A stretch of DNA of 64,000 nt from assembly GCA_052426225.1 (NCBI GenBank), contig JBNJNM010000011.1, forward strand, positions 3,906,001 to 3,970,000. Reading direction: 5' to 3'. The notes under the pieces are model-generated. The model was not told the origin of the DNA, ran no database searches, and saw only the letters and a program-made list of their open reading frames with translations. The translations under genes were made by a program, and so were the position numbers. Position 1 is the stretch's first letter, and the number at the start of each line of letters is the position of its first letter. Below are positions 55,801 through 64,000 of the stretch, piece by piece. This DNA is from Zancudomyces culisetae HAW-14-8 (taxonomy: Eukaryota > Fungi > Kickxellomycota).

Positions 55801-58800
55801 AAATTGTTTCAGTATATACAGGGATAGATTCCTTAAAAAAATGAGCAAACTGTTTCATGATTTATAAAAATGAAAAAAAAATGCAACCAGTCCGAGGTTG
55901 GTATTTTAATGTGCACAGAAAAGGGTAGGTATTTCTTTTGCAACCCTCAAAAATGCTCAAATTCAGGTACTTGTGAAAACCAGCGTTTAGCAGCTTTGCT
56001 TCATAGCCCGTGAAAAGCACTAATGAATGGCACTTGCTATATCTTTTTTCAATCGGATAGAAAGCGGAAAATGGAACCAATAAACAAAACCATCGAGTAA
56101 GCATTTTCTGAATCAAATCGATTGACAATTATAAACTAGGTGGTACAAATCTTACTACCAACTAATAAGAGTCGCACAACTGATCTAGAAGCATTTATAA
56201 TTTGCTGCATATCCGTAAAAAGAAAAATATACGCATTTCCCTTTAAGCATAATATTTTATGCAGATCTGCGAAAGCTGTGCGACATTCGCTGTTTGAATT
56301 TCCGATTTTTGTGGTTGAAAAAAGAGCCGCAAACCTGCTAGAAAGTTGGGTTAAAGTGTGCTTTCATTGGAGAAGATTGAGTTTAAGCCCGCTCTATTGA
56401 CGTTTAAAAGTAAGCACCATCTCCCCCCGTTTTTTCTTAATTACATTGATCTGACATGTGAATGACAACATGTTTTTATTTTGCTTTGAGGAAAGAGGTG
56501 CGAGGATTGTTAATGTGATTTAAAACGAAAAAGTTCATCAGAAGCGAGAAAAAGGGGGGGGGGGGAAGTAGCGTTAAAACAATGTAGTAACTTGGCAGGT
56601 AAAAACAAATCCAAAGTTGGGTGTTCTTTTTATTAAAAAATAAAGATAAAAAGAACGCTAGTTTTCTTTGGGTTTACTAGTGTTAGTTCTGTATTAAAAT
56701 ACAAATGGATAGATATCTTTCAAAGCTAAATATACAGAATAAAAGTCGGACCACTTTGACAAGGAGAAAAATAAAGTTCTTTTAATTTAGTATTGAATTA
56801 TCTTGGGAAAGATGGGGGAGGAATATCCTTTGGGATAGATTGCTTGGTAAAATTGTTGAGATAAAATAATGATAATAGCACATTTGAATAATACTTTGTC
56901 ATTAATAATTATACATGTGTTTTTTATCAAGACCTAAAAATAAACCTAACTTCTAGTCTTACGGAAAGTGAAAAAAATTAGAGGTTTTAAATTAGAATAG
57001 TGATGTGGTTTTCTCGCAAAGAATAAAAAAGGCTGACAAAGTTTGTAATTGTGCTGGTATGGGAATTTGACTGTGGTGGAATAAACCATATTATTGACTC
57101 TGTATGTTATTACTTGCATAATTCAAAGGTGATGATGTGTGTGCCTTTAAAAGATTGTATGTCCTACTGCTATTATTTTTAGCTTTAGAAAAATGACAAA
57201 TGAGGCGTAGTATATACGATTCAAATACTAGAAAAAACCTATTACGTTACTGAAAATGTTGGGCACATCTTGCTAATGGTTTGTAATGATGTTAATAAAT
57301 CCGTGTAAGAGTCACTACAACTGTAGTTTAGGATAGATCAGATAGTAGAGGAATAGATAATGTAGATGAGTTGAAGGTGTGTAGTAGCGGTTTTAATGAT
57401 GCTACTTGGCTTCAGATAGGCTGAAAAGGGTACAAAGTAAGCGATATCTAATATTAACGAATCAGAAATGCGTTTTTAACGCAGAAACCACAGAGCTAAA
57501 TCTAAATCGACGGTATCTTTATGGGCAAATGGTTCGGCAATGTGGAAAAAAAATTTACCTTAATAATTTATCCAAAAGGGGTAAAATTAAAAACCTGAAA
57601 TGAACCTGTAAAAGGTTTACGAATTTAGCTGCAATAAAGAGTTGAGTAGCAAGTTAAAAAGCGCATATATTTGGCCGTCTTTCTTTGTGATTTGTAGCGG
57701 TTTTTATCGCTAGCAAATTAATTGAGCAAACAAATGAAAACGCAGTGTACTAGCTACAAGAAGCTTCTAGATAAACCTGAGAATTATTGAGATTTCCATG
57801 CTTTATTCACATAAAAAAAAATCCGTTACACATAATGTTAATATAACTAAAAAAATGTTCTTATTATTGTTGAACGATTACAGCATTATGAGAACAAAGA
57901 AAAGGAGGAAGAAAGAAGGAAAAATGTTATAGGATATGTCTTTCTAGGTTTAAGAAGAGTTGATAAAGGATACGCTTGCTGAGCTAGTCCAAAGGTATAC
58001 ATGTTGATAAGTCCCTTTCCCATTTCCCTTAAAAGGATGTAATATTGCAAATGAGGTAACACCAAAAAATCGTGGAGGTGTAATTATGCCCAAGAAAACC
58101 ATTATTTTTTTTTCCGGTGATGTAGTGCTTCTGTCAGGTTCATTCTCAGATTCACCAATAGTCTTCGAATAAAAAATGCTTTAGTTTACGCTTAACCCCA
58201 AAAGACTGCGTGTTTACCAAGAAAAGTGCAAGCAATGGAATATACTGAATGCCTCAGCACTTGGGGGATTGTTTAGCTAGAATTTTTTTCTGCTTGCTTG
58301 TATATCATGTTATAGAGCCTCATTTTAAAAGTGCATAGTCTTTGTTTGCTTTAGGTTTGTAAACTCAATAGGTTTACAATATTTCCCGTTAATGAAAATA
58401 TTCAAACAAATCACGAGTAGAGGATGATAAAATGTAACGTGTGATATTGCGAATGCCTGAGCACATTGGAAATGAGACGACATTCGAGTCTTGTAAAAAG
58501 AGTGTGTTTTAATATAAAGAAGCTGAATAAAGAAGCAGACTGAGACCAGTATAAGTGCATTTAATTGAAGTGAATATATGGCTGATTTATTAGGTAAAAT
58601 ATCTAAATTCAGTATGGAATTGCAAAGGGATTCTGAAATTTTGTATCCACAAAAAAACTGAATAATGCAAAATTGCAATTTAATTTAAAGGCTCAAAAAC
58701 TGAGAAAATATCTACATTTTACTACATCGATTTGTAATCAAAAAAAAAGCAATCAATTAACCAATACCAGGTTTATCAATACGGAAATTTACCAAAACCT

Positions 58801-59982
58801 AATAGACAGGAAATATGTAAATATGGCAACACATTAATGATGTTATACTAATTGATTTGGTGTGCTGTAATATTATGCTAATTAGTGGTCATAAACCAAA
58901 TTGTTTCGGAGCAAAATCTCCATAAAATAAAGAAAAGTGAAAAATATGTTGTTTCAAATATTATGTAAAAAAGGATTATTGCAATTTTTAATACCACCTA
59001 TAAATCTCGTATTAACATTACTGTAATGGAAGTTACGCAAAAAGGAAAAAAACCACTAGAATTATGGTAATCAGGAATCAAAATCTTCATAGTTGCTAAT
59101 GGTGCAGTATGCTAATAAAAAAGATGGATACTACGCTATACACTAATCAGCAGTACTAGCGCAAATATTTGCACAAAATAAGGAGTACGAATGTAAACAA
59201 AACAAAAAAAAACAAGCGGAAAACAGAAAATATTAAATATAAAACAGAAATCACAAAACAGAAAACAGAAATTGTATGTATAGACAATAATATGGCTTAA
59301 TTAACAGCTCTTGGTATAAATACACCATTCTAGCCAAAATAAACATTCAGTATACCAATACTTAGGAAAACTAGTGCCAATTATTTTGTATTCAATTATT
59401 ATAGTATTAGCCTTACAGAGGATCTTTAGCTCTTTATTTGTGTAACATATAAAGTGGGATAGAAGAGACCACTAGCTAGTAATCTCGAGATCGCATGAAC
59501 CTCCCAGGCTTTAACGAACAGCATTGATTTGAAGGTTATAGAACATTATAGCAGCTTAACTTTTTGGTGGGATACATTGAATCAAGCATAAAAAAAATCA
59601 ATACGAAATACTAATAAACGAATAATAAGAAATATTAGAGGTGTATTAGAGCTCAACAAGTATACAAACTATTCTCTGGTATTTTAAAGAGGAGAAAAAG
59701 GTATACTACTCGACAATTAATTAGATACTAACGAATACCACTTGGTGTGTATGACCACAGTTTTCTTCAAGAAAACTACACGGCGTATCGTACTGGTTGA
59801 ATAACTTCAGCTTTATTTCGTACGCAATCAGTTTTTGTATAATAAACAACTAACCTTACAATTTTTATGGGAACCATACAGTGTGAATGAAGTTACATTT
59901 TTTCCTTTCCAAGAATAAAAAACCAAAGACTAGAACCAGAACAATAACGGCATTACATTAAACCTTTCGGTGGTATAGATAA

Positions 59983-62900
59983 ATGACGTTGGATTCATTT
60001 GATAAGCCGAATAGTGGCATACATGATCTAAACATGCACACCAAACATAACATTAATGTTTTGAATATAACCACGTCGATAAGACTTGAATCAAAGTCAA
60101 TATATTCTCTGATTGAAAGCGTGCCCCAGGAAGGCACTGAGCTGAAAAAATGGATGGAAGCACTAGAAAGTCAGATTCATGCATGTGTGACTGGGTTTAG
60201 GAACGAGAATGGATTTCTGGAAATATTATCAGAAAATAACAGTAGAATGGAGCTTATTATCAAAGGACTGATCCTGGGTATTTCAAAATTTAAATTCCTG
60301 GGGGAATTTTTAGATTTTGTGTGGAAGTCATTTAATATCAGAAAGACCATTATCGAGGTAGCTCAAGAGATCCAGTACTATGTTAAAAGTCTAGAAGTAG
60401 AATTTAGCGAATATAATGATTACCTGAATGTGAAGAAGCGTATAAATAACAATGGGAGGTATGAGGTCAAAAAGACATTCCTGGAAGTCGTAAGCCCTGT
60501 AAGTCTATCAAACATGTATGTGTTGGGTGGAGAGGGTTATGTTACGGAGCTTTATTATAACATTTTGGAGGCTGAGTCTTGGTACATTGGTAAGCACGTA
60601 AAAGTGTTTAAAGGTAGCATTGAAGACCTGCAGATAAAGTTGGGCATTCCGGGTTCAGAACCCAAACACTACCTACTACTATGTCATCGATGTGTGGCAA
60701 AGGGATTAGATGTAGTCGAAGCCATTATGAAAACTCTTGAGTTGCTATCAAAGTTGGTATTTATGCATGAATATACGAAAATTGAAATGGAGACACACAG
60801 TGATAATGTAATTCAAAGCTATACACAGCGATATAACTTGTTGTTAGGCAGTGTTGGCGTTTATTTAAATCATGTGTCGAAATTTTATCACGAAAACAAC
60901 AACCTTAATATTGAAACCAAAAATATGGACGAACGGGTACTATCTTATAGCCTTATTAAGCTTAAAGATGTTGAAAGAGTTGCAGGCGAAAGCTCTCTGT
61001 ATGAAATTGTAAAAAAAACAAAAGACCTTAAACATGATGTTTGCAGGGATTTTCTTCACCGGGATTTTGATGATCTAATAAAGCATAGTGAAAATGCATT
61101 TAATAACGAACACCCTGTGATAATAGAACTGAAAAAATTGAAGTGGGCTTATGATGTGTTGAGAACCAAGATCAAGTTGGTCAAGGAAAATGAAATAAGC
61201 AAAAGGACAAAATCGGATGACACATTAAGCGAAAAGGCGGAAAACCTAGATATGCAAGAAGTCTTTATAGAAAACCAGGATTTATCTGTCTCTGCCGACA
61301 CTAGCACATCCCGCCCAAAGCTGAAGCTGAAGAAAAGTATTGTCGATTTTTTTAGCAATAGTAAAACTAGAAAACAATCTATTGGTGGCAAAAAGGGTGA
61401 TATAAGCCATGTAAAAAGCATTTCTGAAGCAAGTACTAACACGCAAAACTCTGGCATAAAACAGTTTGATAATTGTACACACGACCAAGTACATGATTTT
61501 AAGAGTCATGATCATGTGCAGTTTTCCATGTCGCAACCACACATCGTTTCTGGTGAGAGCGAACAACAGCTAGATAGAGAAAAAACAATTAAAGTGTTGA
61601 CGTTCGGGAATGATTCGTGGGAGATGATATCAGATTCAATACATGGCAATCTCGAGGTTGGTAAAAACGGGTACACATCTAGTTTTGGAAGCTTTTTGCA
61701 AAATAAAGGCGGTAAAAAGTTGTCATCAGGCAGCAAAAAGATGGGAGGAAGTAGTATGCTTTTTGATAAGCTCACTGAAGCATTGGACTCGCATAACAAT
61801 AAGAATGATGCGAGATCGCATGAACCCAAAGGGATATTATTTGATAGTTTGGTCAGCATGAAAAATAGAAAACGACACGAGAGTAGTAGCAGCAATGTAA
61901 GTGATGTTAGTACCACTAGTGCTACAAGCAGCAACAGTTGCGGGAGTAGCAATAGAAGCAGCATAAGTAACAACAGTGTCGGGATCCACATCGAAAACCA
62001 TGACTCCTTTCAACAAAAAAGTAACCCTAACAATTACCATCAGATGCAACGGGATGAGAGATGTATCCAAATTGACAGGCTTTCGTCTGACTTTGAGCTG
62101 GTTTGTGAGACGAAATACCTTTCTGAAGATCTTGAAAAGCCCCCAAAACAGCAAAGCCTGTTGGGTAGATTAATCAAAAGTAGAACTGAGCCACCTACCA
62201 CCAGAAAAGAGGAAAGATCCCAAAAGGTTTTGGTGAGGAGCAGAGCGCAAAGGAAAAAATCTAACACAAACATGGATGCCAGTGTGCATTCATACTTTTC
62301 CGAGTTTGGTAAATCACATTATGGTAGTGGAGGATTGGGCGAGCTTGTTAGTAGAAGCAATTCTAATAGCAGCGGGCTTGGAAGCAGCAATTTTAATACA
62401 TTGATAAACGAATTAGATAGCAAAGTTAAAACCTGGTTTTCTTCAGCTACTGGCACAGTCAAACAAAAACCTACAAGCGCTGGACCGGAAAAGGATAACT
62501 ATGATATGTTTACTACTTTGGTTTCACAGGATTGCTATGAGAATCTCCTTCCCAAAACACCACTTTATAAAAGCAGAATGTCTACAGGCGAGGGTAAGCA
62601 AGCATTTCCAAAACTCGATGATATGGATATCACCGACTCCCTGCCGTCTCCACAGAGTCAACCTACTTCTAACTATGCTTCCACAGAGAAGAACGCGAAA
62701 CATGATTCAATCTCCAACGAATCGATGGTATTTTCTACAGGATTGAATGGTTCAATTGATCCATATGAAATGCGAAGAACTATTTTAAAGGATGGTGATT
62801 ACGTTGGACATGGAATGGACTCATTTTTAGGTGGTAACAAAAATTCAAACCGAAAAAATTCGTCCTATAGCATTAATTTCAACGTAAACAAAAACAGATT

Positions 62901-64000
62901 TGGAATGATTGCCGAGCAGCCTTTTAAGCTCAACAGTAACAATCTTCCTGCTTTTGAAAATATGCACTCTATAGTACACGAACGCAGACCATCAGCTCAT
63001 AAACTCCTCCATACAAGATCTGCATCCAATGACCAACAATCCCAAAAACAGTCATCCAAACCTGCTTTAGAGGTAAAGATAGGCGAGGGTGGCGCAGAAA
63101 GTTCAAACATGTATTCATCATTTGCTGACCTACCACAGAATAGTCCTCAGCGAACCTCGCCCAGAGGGAAAGATATTCCAGCTAAGCTTGGCTCAAAATC
63201 TGTGTGTGATCTCAAGTCTAGATGTAAAGTGGAGACAACTATGAATGCAGGGCTTTATCCCATTACCAGATCTATTTCAAATCAACTAGTCCGCGCCCAG
63301 ATATCAAACAACAAAGGAGGTGATAGTTTTGAGGTTTCCAATGAATACTGGTACCTTGAACCCGAATATACGCAAACAGAACTGGATATAATTGATGGCA
63401 AGCTTATGGGTGGGACAATAAGGGCACTGGTTGAGCATCTAACACCACATAACACCACTGCCGACTCAGAGTTTGTAAATGCATTTTTGCTGACATTCCG
63501 TAGCTTCTGTACACCTTTAGAATTGCTCAATCATCTAATCAGAAGATTTAATATGGAGCCACCGAATGAAATTTCTGGAGATGCCGATAAACTCCAAACA
63601 TGGAGACTCAAAAAGCAGACTCCAGCACGATTAAGAGTTTGCAACGTACTCAAATCCTGGCTAGAAAGCTACTTCTACCCTGCAAGAGACTTCTACATTA
63701 TCCAGGAGTTTGAAGCCTTTATCAATAACTTTCTTATAACCAACGGTCAAAAATCTTCAGGTGTGCGGATGTTGGAACTAATTAAGGAGATTTATGCTGA
63801 ATATAACATATCTGGAACCGTATCATTTACCAACCGTTCCAAGGCTATAGATCGGATGCTCCGTTCAAAATTTGCAAATATGGCAAGTCTCCCTCCTCCA
63901 CCCAGCCACCGTCTATCCAAACGTGTTACCTCTCTGCTTGTCAAAAACAAACCTGTAAACCTTCTTGAAATCGACCAGTTGGAGCTTGCTCGGCAGCTGA
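59983..64000 (+). CDS. Cdc25/Sos-type Ras guanine-nucleotide exchange factor, 3'-truncated by the window edge
   Basis: The frame from ATG 59983 appears open to the window end; it is absent from the ORF track, consistent with no stop. REM domain at about 63400-63690 (GGTIRALVEHL..FVNAFLLTFRSFCTPLELL..RLRVCNVLKSWLE). The CDC25 domain begins at the end (LLEIDQLELARQL). Confidence 0.88.
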   Translation, partial: MTLDSFDKPNSGIHDLNMHTKHNINVLNITTSIRLESKSIYSLIESVPQEGTELKKWMEALESQIHACVTGFRNENGFLEILSENNSRMELIIKGLILGISKFKFLGEFLDFVWKSFNIRKTIIEVAQEIQYYVKSLEVEFSEYNDYLNVKKRINNNGRYEVKKTFLEVVSPVSLSNMYVLGGEGYVTELYYNILEAESWYIGKHVKVFKGSIEDLQIKLGIPGSEPKHYLLLCHRCVAKGLDVVEAIMKTLELLSKLVFMHEYTKIEMETHSDNVIQSYTQRYNLLLGSVGVYLNHVSKFYHENNNLNIETKNMDERVLSYSLIKLKDVERVAGESSLYEIVKKTKDLKHDVCRDFLHRDFDDLIKHSENAFNNEHPVIIELKKLKWAYDVLRTKIKLVKENEISKRTKSDDTLSEKAENLDMQEVFIENQDLSVSADTSTSRPKLKLKKSIVDFFSNSKTRKQSIGGKKGDISHVKSISEASTNTQNSGIKQFDNCTHDQVHDFKSHDHVQFSMSQPHIVSGESEQQLDREKTIKVLTFGNDSWEMISDSIHGNLEVGKNGYTSSFGSFLQNKGGKKLSSGSKKMGGSSMLFDKLTEALDSHNNKNDARSHEPKGILFDSLVSMKNRKRHESSSSNVSDVSTTSATSSNSCGSSNRSSISNNSVGIHIENHDSFQQKSNPNNYHQMQRDERCIQIDRLSSDFELVCETKYLSEDLEKPPKQQSLLGRLIKSRTEPPTTRKEERSQKVLVRSRAQRKKSNTNMDASVHSYFSEFGKSHYGSGGLGELVSRSNSNSSGLGSSNFNTLINELDSKVKTWFSSATGTVKQKPTSAGPEKDNYDMFTTLVSQDCYENLLPKTPLYKSRMSTGEGKQAFPKLDDMDITDSLPSPQSQPTSNYASTEKNAKHDSISNESMVFSTGLNGSIDPYEMRRTILKDGDYVGHGMDSFLGGNKNSNRKNSSYSINFNVNKNRFGMIAEQPFKLNSNNLPAFENMHSIVHERRPSAHKLLHTRSASNDQQSQKQSSKPALEVKIGEGGAESSNMYSSFADLPQNSPQRTSPRGKDIPAKLGSKSVCDLKSRCKVETTMNAGLYPITRSISNQLVRAQISNNKGGDSFEVSNEYWYLEPEYTQTELDIIDGKLMGGTIRALVEHLTPHNTTADSEFVNAFLLTFRSFCTPLELLNHLIRRFNMEPPNEISGDADKLQTWRLKKQTPARLRVCNVLKSWLESYFYPARDFYIIQEFEAFINNFLITNGQKSSGVRMLELIKEIYAEYNISGTVSFTNRSKAIDRMLRSKFANMASLPPPPSHRLSKRVTSLLVKNKPVNLLEIDQLELARQL

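Noticed and set aside
55768-56331. 10-11 nt matches to the LINE target site (TGTGCGGCTC at 55768; AAAGAGCCGCA at 56321)
   Set aside because: Too short to distinguish from chance, and no element remnants lie nearby.
59486-61826. 16-bp direct repeat CGAGATCGCATGAACC at 59486 and 61811
   Set aside because: One such match is plausible by chance in 64 kb. The second copy is inside the RasGEF CDS with no element structure between the two.
1-64000. tRNA-Sec or other Sec machinery genes near SelH
   Set aside because: I saw no cloverleaf with a TCA anticodon and no eEFSec/SBP2/SecS/PSTK/SPS-like ORF. Eukaryotic Sec genes are not expected to cluster.

Overview
AT-rich eukaryotic DNA with short GT-AG introns. 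Gene content and style point to an early-diverging fungus; a Harpellales/Kickxellomycotina insect-gut fungus is my inference, not proven. The window holds a partial SR splicing factor (CCHC knuckle plus RS domain), SEN1, an RFC small subunit, a UDP-galactose transporter, an orphan CaaX protein, a complete and intact L1-like retrotransposon (poly(A) tail, 14-bp target-site duplication), RPL35, AK6/Fap7, an orphan disordered protein, POLD2/Pol31, a BCH-RhoGAP, a 1650-aa secreted Cys/Ser/Thr repeat protein, an importin-7-like gene, SMC1, an ~11-kb gene-poor stretch and the 5' part of a Cdc25-type RasGEF. The main finding is the gene at 47949-48768, which the ORF track truncates at a TGA. It is a selenoprotein H homologue: the in-frame TGA at 48438-48440 sits in an IEHCTR-U-RVF (CxxU) motif and the homology continues through an intron to GPPRKLKFPE, which implies UGA-to-selenocysteine recoding in a fungus. 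I found no clean canonical SECIS. Instead there are hairpins at and just after the UGA and an ~90-nt SECIS-like but non-canonical stem-loop right after the stop codon, which are candidate fungal recoding signals.
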